64,000 bases of DNA from Malacoraja senta (taxonomy: Eukaryota). Shown piece after piece: positions 1 through 9,500 of the stretch (position 1 is its first letter; every line of letters begins with the position of its first letter). Both the position numbers and the translations under genes were made by a program. Where the stretch lies: positions 62,001 through 126,000 of the forward strand of contig JAXLNO010000329.1 in the NCBI GenBank assembly GCA_038087875.1. The letters run 5' to 3'. Below the pieces are notes generated by a model. That model was not told the DNA's origin. It did not search any database and saw only the letters and a program-made list of their open reading frames with translations.

Positions 1-3000
1 CTGACCCATTGCCTTTATGGCCTTTTGACTCTGCCTCTGACCCTTTGTCTCTGACCCTTGGACTCTGATCCTTTTTCCCTGACTCGTTGACCCTTTGGTT
101 CTGACCATTTGGCCCTTTGACTGACCCTTTGACTGACCCTTTGACTGACCCTTTGAACCTGACATTTGACTGACTCTTTGACTCTGACACTTTGACCCTT
201 TGACTGACCCTTTGACCTTTACCCTTTGACTCTGTCCCTTTGACTGACCCTTTGACTAGGACCGGTTCACCTTTTGACTCTGACCATTTGACCCCTTGCG
301 TCTGACACTTTGACTGATCCTTTGACTTTGACCCTTTGACTCTGACCCTTTGATTGATCCTTTGACTGATCCTTTGACTGACCCTTTGACTCTGACCCTC
401 TGACTGACCCGTTGACTTTGACCATTTGACTCTGACCCTTTGACTGACCCTTTGACTGACCCTTTGACTGACCCTTTGACTGACCCTTTGACTGACCCTT
501 TGACTGACCCTTTGACGCTGACCCATTGCATTTTTGACCATTTGACTCTTTGACCCTTTGACTGTCTCTATGACTCTGACACGTTGTCTCTGACCCTTGG
601 ACTCTGAACCCTCTTCCCTGACATTGACCCTTTGGTTCTGACCACTTGACCCTTTGAATGACCCTTTGACTGACCCTTTGACTCTGACCCTTTGAACCTG
701 ACATTTGATTCTGACCCTTTGAATCTGACCCTTTGACTCTGACCATTTGATTCTGACCCTTTGACTCTGACCGTTTGACCCTTAGAATCTGACCCTTTGA
801 CACTGACCCTTTCTCTGACCCTTTGACTCTGATATTTTGACTCTGACCGTTTGACTCTGACCCTTTGACTCTGACCCTTTGAACCTGACATTTGATTCTG
901 TCCCTTTGAATCTGACCCTTTGACGCTGAACCTTTGACCCTGACCCATTGACTGACCCTTTGACACCGAACCTTACCCTTTGACTCTGACCCTTTGACTG
1001 ACTCTTTGACTAGGACCCTTTCAACTTTTGACTGTCCATTTGAATCCTTGAATCTGACCCTCTGATTCTTTGACTTTGACCCTTTGTATCTGACCCTTTG
1101 ATTGACCCTTTGACTCTGATCCTTTGACTTTGACCCTTTGACTCTGATCATTTGACTCAGACCATTTGACTCTGACCATTTGACTCTGACGTTTTGACCC
1201 TTTGACTAACCCTTTAACTCTGACCCTTTGACTCTGACTCTTTGACTCTGACACGTTGACTCTGAACCTTTGACCCTGACCCATTGACTCTGACTCGTTG
1301 ACTCTGACCCTTTGACCATTTGAATGACGCTTTCACCCTTTGACTCAGACCCTACAACGCTGACCCTTTGACTGACCTTTTGGCGCTGAACCTTTACCCT
1401 GACCCGTTGATCCTTTGACTCTAACCTTTTGACCCTGACCATTTGACACTGACAATTTGACCCTGACCCTTTGACTCTGACCCTTTGACTCCGACCCTTT
1501 GACCCTGACCCTTTGACCCTGACCCTTTGGCTCTGACCCTTTGACCCTGACCCTTTGACTCTGACCCATGGACCCTGACCCTTTGACTCTGACCCTTTGA
1601 ATCTGACCGATTGACTGACCGTTTGACCGCTTGACCATGACCCTTTGACCCTGACCCTTTGTCCCTGAAACTTTGACCCTGACCCTTTGACTCTGACCCT
1701 TTGACTCTGACCCTTTGACTGAAACTGACTCTGACCCTTTGACCCTGTGTCTCTGACCCGTTGACTGACGCTTTGAAACTTTGACCCTTTAACTCTGACC
1801 CTTTGACTATGACCCTTTGACTCTGACCCGTTGACTCTGACCCTTTGACCCTTTCAATCTGACCCTTTGAGTCTGACCGTTTGACTGTTTAACCCTGACA
1901 CTTTGACCCTGACACTTTGACCCTGACCCTTTGACCCTGACCCTTTGATTCTGACACTTTGACTGACCCTTTGACTGACCCTTTGACACTGAACCTTTGA
2001 CATTGACGCTTTGACTCTGTCTCTTTGGCTCTGACCCTTTGACCCTGACCCTTTGTCACTGACCCGTTGACACGGACCCATTGAACATTTGACACTGACC
2101 CTTTGACCCTTTGATTCTGACCCTTTGACCCTTTCCGTTGGACCATGACCCTTTGACCCTGACCCTTTGACCCTGACCCATTGATTCTGACCCTTTGACT
2201 CTGAACATTTGACCCTGACCCATTGACTCTGACCCGTTGACTCTGACCCTTTGACCCTTTGAATCTGACCATTTGACTCTGACCGTTTAACCGTTTGACC
2301 ATGACCCTTTGATACTGACCCTTTAACCCTGACACTTTGACCCTGACCCTTTGCTCTGACCCTTTGACTGACCCTTTGACTCTGACACTTTGACTCTGAC
2401 CCGTTGACTCTGACCCTGACCCTTTGACTGACACTTTGACTGTCCCTTTGACTCTGACCCTTTGAACCAGACCCTTTGTCTCTGACCCGTTGACTCTGAC
2501 CCTTTGAAACGTTGACTCTGACCCTTTGACCCTTTGACTATGACCCTTTGACTCTGATCCATTGACCCTGACCCTTTGCCTCTTTGACCCTTTGACTCAT
2601 TGACGCGTTGACTCTGTCTCTGGTTCTGACCCTTTGACCCTTTTTCTCTGACCCGTTGACACGGACCCTTTGATCATGTCCACTGACCCTTTGACCCTTT
2701 GACTGACCATTTGACCCTGACCGTTTAACCATGACCCTTCGACCGTGACCCTTTGACTCTGACCCTTTGACTCTGACCCTTTGTCTCTGACACATTGCCT
2801 CTTTGACCATTTGACTTTGACCCTTTGACTGTCTCTTTGACTCTGACCCTTGGACTCTGACCCTTTGTCTCTGACCTGTTGACCCGGACCCTTTGAACAT
2901 TTGACACTGACCCTTTGACTCTGACACTTTGACTGACCCTTTGACAGACCCTTTCACTCTGACCCTTTGACTCTGACCCTTTGACTCTGACCCTTTGACT

Positions 3001-4546
3001 TTGACCCTTTGATTCTGACCCTTTGACTGACCATTTGACTGACCTTTTGACCCTTTGACTGACCCTTTAAATCTGACCCTTTGACTCTGACCGTTTGAAT
3101 ATGACTCTTAGACTCTGATACTTTGACCCTTTGACTCTGACCCTTTAACTGACCCTTTGACTCTGATCCTTTGACTTTGACCCTTTGACTCTGACCTTTT
3201 GACTCAGACCCTTTGACTTTGACCCTTCGTCTCTGACCCTTTGACTCTGACACTTTGACTCTGACTCTTTGACTCTGACTCTTTGAAATTTTGACTGACC
3301 TTTTAACTCTGACCCTTTGACTATGACCCTTTGACTCTGAACATTTGAACCTGACCGTTGCCTCTTGGACCCTTTGACTCATTGACGCTGACTCTGTCTC
3401 TTTGGCTCTGACCCTTTGACCCCGACCCTTTGTCTCTGACCTGTTGACCCGGACCCTTTGAACATTTGACACTGACCCATTGACTCTGACCCTTTGACCC
3501 TAACAGGTTGACCCTGGCCCTTTGACCCTGACCCTTTGTTCCTGACCTTTTGACTGACCCTTTGACTGACACTTTGACTCTGACCCATTGCCTCTTTGAC
3601 CATTTGAAGCTTTGATCGTTTGACTGTCTCTTTGACTCTGATCCTTTGTCTCTGACCCTTGGACTCTGGCCCTTTTCTCTGACTTTGACCCTTTGACTGA
3701 ACCTTTGACTTTGACCATTTGACTTTGATCCTTTGAACCTGACATTTGAATCTGACCCGATGATTCTGACCCTTTGACTCTGACCCTTTGACTGACCCTT
3801 TCGCTGACACTTTGACCCTGACCCTTTGACTCTGACCCTTTGACTTTGACCGTTTGATTCTGACCCTTTGACTCTGACCGTTTGCCTCTGACCATTTGAC
3901 GCTGACCTTTTGACCCTTTGACTGACCCTCTAACTGACCCTTGGACTGACCCTTTGACTCTGACTCTTTGACTCTGACACGTTGACCCTTTGACTGACCG
4001 TTTGACCTTGCCCCTTTGACTCTGACCCTTTGACTGACCCTTTGAGACCGACGCTTACCCTTTGACTCTGACTTTGACTAGGACCTTTCACCTTTTGACT
4101 CTGACCATTGACCCCTTGAGTCTGACCCTTTGACTCTGATCCTTTGACATTGACCCTTTGACTCTGACCCTTTGACTGATCCTTTGACTCTGATCCTTTA
4201 ACTTTGACCCTTTGACTGACACTTTGACTGACCCTTTGACAGACTCTTTGACTCTGACCCTTTGACTGACCCTTTGACTGACCATTTGACTGACCCTTTG
4301 ACTCTGACCCATTGCCTTTTTGGCCTTTTGACTCTGCCTCTGACACTTTGTCTCTGACCCTTGGACTCTGATCCTTTTTCCCTGACTCGTTGACCCTTTG
4401 GTTCTGACCATTTGGCCCTTTGACTGACCCTTTGACTGACCCGTTGACTGACCCTTTGAACCTGACATTTGACTGACTCTTTGACTCTGACACTTTGACC
4501 CTTTGACTGACCCTTTGACCGTTACCCTTTGACTCTGTCCCTTTGA
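1..4546 (+). repeat. Degenerate TGAC-word satellite (TGACCCTT/TGACTC/TGAC/TGACCC), segment 1
   Basis: Continuous permutations such as TGACCCTTTGACTC (14-mer) and TGACCCTTTGAC (12-mer), all in one orientation; runs off the window start. Confidence 0.97.
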
Positions 4547-4614
4547 AACATAGAAACATAGAAACATAGAAATTAGGTGCAGGAGTAGGCCATTCGGCCC
4601 TTCGAGCCTGCACC
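4545..4614 (-). other. CR1 3' end: stem-loop plus 8-bp microsatellite tail
   Basis: (GAAACATA)x3 at 4545-4568; inverted arms GGTGCAGG 4576-4583 / CCTGCACC 4607-4614 enclosing an inner GGCC-ATTC-GGCC hairpin. Confidence 0.88.
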
Positions 4615-4647
4615 GCCATTCAATATGATCATGGCTGATCATCCAAC

Positions 4648-7584
4648 TCAGTATCCCGTACCTGCCTTCTCTCCATACCCTCTGATCCCTTTAGCCACAA
4701 GGGCCACATCTAGCTCCCTCTTAAATATAGCCAATGAACTGGCCTCGACTACCCTCTGTGGCAGAGAGTTCCAGAGATTCACCACTCTCTGTGTGAAAAA
4801 AGTTCTTCTCATCTCGGTTTTAAAGGATTTCCCCCTTATCCTTAAGCTGTGACCCCTTGTCCTGGACTTCCCCAACATCGGGAGCAATCTTCCTGCATCT
4901 AGCCTGTCCAACCCCTTAAGAATTTTGTAAGTTTCTATAAGATCCCCTCTCAATCTCCTAAATTCTAGTGAGTATAAACCAAGTCTATCCAGTCTTTCTT
5001 CATAAGACAGTCCTGACATCCCAGGAATCAGTCTGGTGAACCTTCTCTGCACTCCCTCTATGGCAATAATGTCCTTCCTCAGATTTGGAGACCAAAACTG
5101 TACGCAATACTCCAGGTGTGGTCTCACCAAGACCCTGTACAACTGCAGTAGAACCTCCCTGCTCCTATACTCAAATCCTTTTGCTATGAAAGCTAACATA
5201 CCATTTGCTTTCTTCACTGCCTGCTGCACCTGCATGCCTACTTTCAATGACTGGTGTACCATGACACCCAGGTCTCGCTGCATCTCCCCTTTTCCTAGTC
5301 GGCCACCATTTAGAAAATAGTCTGCTTTCCTGTTTTTGCCACCAAAATGGATAACCTCACATTTATCCACATTATACTGCATCTGCCAAACATTTGCCCA
5401 CTCACCCAGCCTATCCAAGTCACCTTGCAGTCTCCTAGCATCCTCCTCACAGCTAACACTGCCCCCCAGCTTAGTGTCATCCGCAAACTTGGAGATATTG
5501 CCTTCAATTCCCTCATCCAGGTCATTAATATATATTGTAAATAGCTGGGGTCCCAGCACTGAGCCTTGCGGTACCCCACTAGTCACTGCCTGCCATTGTG
5601 AAAAGGACCCGTTTACTCCTACTCTTTGCTTCCTGTTTGCCAGCCAGTTCTCTATCCACATCAATACTGAACCCCCAATGCCATGTGCTTTAAGTTTGTA
5701 TACTAATCTCTTATGTGGGACCTTGTCGAAAGCCTTCTGGAAGTCCAGATACACCACATCCACTGGTTCTCCCTTATCCACTCTACTAGTTACATCCTCG
5801 AAAAATTCTATAAGATTCGTCAGACATGATTTACCTTTCGTAAATCCATGCTGACTTTGTCCAATGATTTCACCACTTTCCAAATGTGCTGCTATCCCAT
5901 CTTTAATAACCGACTCTAGCAGTTTCCCCACTACCGATGTTAGACTAACTGGTCTGTAATTCCCCGTTTTCTCTCTCCCTCCCTTCTTAAAAAGTGGGGT
6001 TACGTTTGCTACCCGCCAATCCTCAGGAACTACTCCAGAATCTAAAGAATTTTGAAAGATTATTACTAATGCATCCACTATTTCTGGAGCTACTTCCTTA
6101 AGTACTCTGGGATGCAGCCTATCTGGCCCTGGGGATTTATCGGCCTTTAATCCATTCAATTTACCCAACACCACTTCCCGACTAACCTGGATTTCACTCA
6201 ATTCCTCCAACTCCTTTGACCCGCGGTCCCCTGCTATTTCCGGCAGATTATTTATGTCTTCCTTAGTGAAGACGGAACCAAAGTAGTTATTCAATTGGTC
6301 CGCCATATCCTTGTTCCCCATGATCAACTCACCTGTTTCTGACTGCAAGGGACCTACATTTGTTTTAACTAATCTCTTTCTTTTTACATATTTATAAAAA
6401 CTTTTGCAGTCAGTTTTTATGTTCCCTGCCAGTTTTCTTTCATAATCTATTTTTCCTTTCCTAATTAAGCCCTTTGTCCTCCTCTGCTGGTCTCTGAATT
6501 TCTCCCAGTCCTCTGGTATGCTGCTTTTTCTGGCTAATTTGTACGCATCATCTTTCGCTTTGATACCATCCCTGATTTCCCTTGTTATCCATGGATGCAC
6601 TACCTTCCCTGATTTATTCTTTTGCCAAACTGGGATGAACAATTTTTGTAGTTCATCCATGCAGTCTTTAAATGTCTTCCATTGCATGTCCACCGTCAAC
6701 CCTTTTAGAATTAATTGCCAGTCAATCATGGCCAATTCATGTCTCATACCCTCAAAGTTACCTTTCTTTAAGTTCAGAACCATTGTTTCTGAATTAACAA
6801 TGTCACTCTCCATCCTAATGAAGAACTCAACCATATTATGGTCACTCTTGCCCAAGGGGGCACGTACAACAAGACTGCTAACTAACCCTTCCTCATTACT
6901 CAATACCCAGTCTAGAATAGCCTGCTCTCTCGTTGGTTCCTCTACATGTTGATTTAGATAACTATCCCGCATACATTCCAAGAAATCCTCTTCCTCAGCA
7001 CCCCTGCCAATTTGATTCACCCAATCTATATGTAGATTGAAGTCACCCATTATAACTGTTTTGCCTTTGTCGCACGCATTTCTAATTTCCTGTTTGATGC
7101 CATCCCCAACTTCACTACTACTGCTAGGTGGCCTGTACACAACACCCACCAGCGTTTTCTGCCCCTTAGTGTTTCGCAGCTCTACCCATACCGATTCCAC
7201 ATCCTCCAAGCTAATGTCTTTCCTTTCCACTGCGTTAATCTCCTCTCTAACCAGCAACGCTACCCCACCTCCTTTTCCTTTCTCTCTATCCCTCCTGAAT
7301 ATTGAATATCCCTGGATGTTCAGCTCCCAGCCTTGGTCACCCTGGAGCCATGTCTCCGTGATCCCAACTATATCATAGTCATTAATAGCTATCTGCACAT
7401 TCAACTCATCCACCTTATTACGAATGCTCCTTGCATTGAGACACAAAGCCTTCAGGCTTGTTTTTACAACATTCTTACCCCTTATACAATTATGTTGAAA
7501 AGTGGCCCTTTTTGATTTTTGCCCTGGTTTTGTCTGTCTTCCACTTTTACTTTTCACCTTGCTACCTATTGCTTCTACCCTCAT
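4648..7584 (-). CDS. CR1 ORF2: apurinic-type endonuclease + reverse transcriptase (first ATG 7584; frame open upstream to 7743)
   Basis: EN motifs NARS, GITETWL, GGGVAL, VYRPP, MGDFN, LDWVL, SDH; RT motifs KSPGPD, NYRPVSLTS, QHGF, LDFQKAFDKVPH, GVPQGSVLGP, FADD; no stops or frameshifts. Confidence 0.96.
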   Translation of the reverse strand: MRVEAIGSKVKSKSGRQTKPGQKSKRATFQHNCIRGKNVVKTSLKALCLNARSIRNKVDELNVQIAINDYDIVGITETWLQGDQGWELNIQGYSIFRRDREKGKGGGVALLVREEINAVERKDISLEDVESVWVELRNTKGQKTLVGVVYRPPSSSSEVGDGIKQEIRNACDKGKTVIMGDFNLHIDWVNQIGRGAEEEDFLECMRDSYLNQHVEEPTREQAILDWVLSNEEGLVSSLVVRAPLGKSDHNMVEFFIRMESDIVNSETMVLNLKKGNFEGMRHELAMIDWQLILKGLTVDMQWKTFKDCMDELQKLFIPVWQKNKSGKVVHPWITREIRDGIKAKDDAYKLARKSSIPEDWEKFRDQQRRTKGLIRKGKIDYERKLAGNIKTDCKSFYKYVKRKRLVKTNVGPLQSETGELIMGNKDMADQLNNYFGSVFTKEDINNLPEIAGDRGSKELEELSEIQVSREVVLGKLNGLKADKSPGPDRLHPRVLKEVAPEIVDALVIIFQNSLDSGVVPEDWRVANVTPLFKKGGREKTGNYRPVSLTSVVGKLLESVIKDGIAAHLESGEIIGQSQHGFTKGKSCLTNLIEFFEDVTSRVDKGEPVDVVYLDFQKAFDKVPHKRLVYKLKAHGIGGSVLMWIENWLANRKQRVGVNGSFSQWQAVTSGVPQGSVLGPQLFTIYINDLDEGIEGNISKFADDTKLGGSVSCEEDARRLQGDLDRLGEWANVWQMQYNVDKCEVIHFGGKNRKADYFLNGGRLGKGEMQRDLGVMVHQSLKVGMQVQQAVKKANGMLAFIAKGFEYRSREVLLQLYRVLVRPHLEYCVQFWSPNLRKDIIAIEGVQRRFTRLIPGMSGLSYEERLDRLGLYSLEFRRLRGDLIETYKILKGLDRLDAGRLLPMLGKSRTRGHSLRIRGKSFKTEMRRTFFTQRVVNLWNSLPQRVVEASSLAIFKRELDVALVAKGIRGYGEKAGTGY

Positions 7585-7679
7585 TTTACACTCCTCTGTC
7601 TCTACGCTCACACATTTAAGAAACCCTTTCCCTTTAACTCCATCCTCCACTATCCCATTCGAAACCCCACCCCCCTTAT

Positions 7680-8606
7680 TCAGTTTAAAACCATCCGTGT
7701 AGCAGTGGCAAACCTGCCTGCCAGAATGCTGGTCCCACACCTGTTAAGATGCAATCCGTCCCTTTTGTACAGTTCCCCCTTACCCCAAAACAGATCCCAG
7801 TGATCTAAAAATCTAAATCCCTGCCCCGTGCACCAGTTCCTGAGCCACACGTTCAGGTCCCGTATCTCCCTGTTCCTGCTCTCGCCAGCACGAGGAACTG
7901 GAAGCAAACCGGAGATAACAACCCTGGAGGTCCTGCTTTTCAGCATTTTTCCGAGCTCTCTAAAGTCACGCTGCAGAATATTCATCCCCTTCTTTCCGAC
8001 ATCGTTTGTGCCGACATGCACTACCACTTCCGGATGTTCACCTTCGCCCTTGAGGATTTTCTGCACTCTGTTCGTGACATCCTGGATCCTGGCACCAGGA
8101 AGGCAGCACACCATCCTCGCATCCCGTCTGTTGCCACAGAAACCCCTGTCCGTACCTCTCACAATGGAGTCTCCCACTACAATGGCGTTGCCTGCCTTAG
8201 GCCTTTTTGGTTTTGGCTCAACAGCCCTATTCGCATCGCAAGCCAGTCCGCCGCTCAGTGTAAACACGTCTTCTGTCCCAACAGCTTCTAAGTGGGTGAA
8301 CCTGTTCACAAGAGGTACAACACCCGGGGACGTTGGCATTCCATGCTTCCCTCCCTTTCTCACCGTCTCCCACCTTCTCTCTTCCAGTACCTTAGGTGTA
8401 ACAATCGTACTGTAGGACTTGTCGAGGAACGACTCCGTTTCTCGGACGAACCGGAGGTCATCCACTTGCTTCTCCAGTTCCCCAACACGGCCCTTCAGGA
8501 GCTCTACCTGGATGCACTTCTCGCATTTGTAGCAGCCAGAGGCACCAGCGGTGTCCTTGACCTCCCACATACTGCAAGCATCGCACTGAATCAGCTTGCC
8601 TGACAT
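7680..8606 (-). CDS. CR1 ORF1p: CxxC..CxxC zinc motif, coiled coil, SGNH/GDSL-type esterase domain (308 aa)
   Basis: CDAC...CEKC, then heptad LLKGRVGELEKQVDDL; esterase blocks VGDS, PGA, HVGTND and DGLH are all intact. Confidence 0.93.
   Translation of the reverse strand: MSGKLIQCDACSMWEVKDTAGASGCYKCEKCIQVELLKGRVGELEKQVDDLRFVRETESFLDKSYSTIVTPKVLEERRWETVRKGGKHGMPTSPGVVPLVNRFTHLEAVGTEDVFTLSGGLACDANRAVEPKPKRPKAGNAIVVGDSIVRGTDRGFCGNRRDARMVCCLPGARIQDVTNRVQKILKGEGEHPEVVVHVGTNDVGKKGMNILQRDFRELGKMLKSRTSRVVISGLLPVPRAGESRNREIRDLNVWLRNWCTGQGFRFLDHWDLFWGKGELYKRDGLHLNRCGTSILAGRFATATRMVLN
7683..7689 (-). promoter_or_regulatory. Candidate -1 ribosomal frameshift heptamer U_UUA_AAC at the ORF1/ORF2 junction
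   Basis: ORF1 ends GTT TTA AAC TGA; the -1 frame TTT AAA CTG AAT is the ORF2 frame. Confidence 0.6.
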
Positions 8607-8808
8607 CTTCTTTCGTCTCTACCTCTCAAGCGTATTGCGTGGTCTCCTCTCCTAAGACTCTCGAGCCAAAGACTCACACTTTTCTCACAGGGCACTTCCC
8701 TCACAAGGCCGCTCACTCACTGCCGCTCGCTAAGAGCCGTCTTGCTTAAATTGACCGATTTACCACTTTACAAACAAAATTCCTCAGTTTTCAACTGTTT
8801 TCCCGGCA

Positions 8809-9499
8809 CTGACTCACTTCTCTCCTCCCACTCGGGCTAGAGCCAATCAGTCGTATCTCTTGCTAATCTCCTGCTGCTGTTGCTCCCAAATCTACAGCAG
8901 TTCTGAATAAAGTCTGCCTGTGCTTGGCTTCTACTTTTCAACTGTTTTTCCCCCCTCTGACTCACTTCTCTCCTCCCACTCGGGCTAGAGCCAATCAGTC
9001 GTATCTCTTGCTAATCTCCTGCTGCTGTTGCTCCCAAATCTACAGCAGTTCTGAATAAAGTCTGCCTGTGCTTGGCTTCTACTTTTCAACTGTTTTTCCC
9101 CCCTCTGACTCACTTCTCTCCTCCCACTCGGGCTAGAGCCAATCAGTCGTATCTCTTGCTAATCTCCTGCTGCTGTTGCTCCCAAATCTACAGCAGTTCT
9201 GAATAAAGTCTGCCTGTGCTTGGCTTCTACTTTTCAACTGTTTTTCCCCCCTCTGACTCACTTCTCTCCTCCCACTCGGGCTAGAGCCAATCAGTCGTAT
9301 CTCTTGCTAATCTCCTGCTGCTGTTGCTCCCAAATCTACAGCAGTTCTGAATAAAGTCTGCCTGTGCTTGGCTTCTACTTTTCAACTGTTTTTCCCCCCT
9401 CTGACTCACTTCTCTCCTCCCACTCGGGCTAGAGCCAATCAGTCGTATCTCTTGCTAATCTCCTGCTGCTGTTGCTCCCAAATCTACAGCAGTTCTGAA
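8809..9499 (-). repeat. CR1 5' UTR tandem array, ~4.7 copies of a 148-bp monomer (putative internal promoter)
   Basis: GACTCACTTC recurs at 8811, 8959, 9107, 9255 and 9403 (period 148); copies look identical; each has AGCCAATCAG and TGACTCA. Confidence 0.93.
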
Positions 9500-9500
9500 A

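Larger units (their letters stand above)
4547..9500 (-). mobile_element. Full-length CR1-clade LINE (elasmobranch HER1-like), both ORFs intact
   Basis: 5' tandem monomers, esterase ORF1, APE+RT ORF2, 3' stem-loop and (TTTCTATG)n tail. TTTGA is duplicated at 4542-4546 and 9501-9505 relative to the uninterrupted paralogous site at ~221-270. Confidence 0.96.

Noticed and set aside
7585..7740. ORF2 start at 7740 as given by the ORF track
   Set aside because: That codon is GTG inside ORF1; the first ATG is 7584. The upstream open stretch matters only for the frameshift hypothesis
4625..8603. Plus-strand ORFs opposite the CR1 (and 58676-61012 minus-strand ORFs opposite the second CR1)
   Set aside because: Antisense shadows of the LINE ORFs; no motifs, and their stops differ between the two near-identical copies
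8809..9499. Regularly spaced repeats suggesting a CRISPR array
   Set aside because: Head-to-tail identical 148-bp units with no unique spacers, no cas genes, and a eukaryotic LINE context
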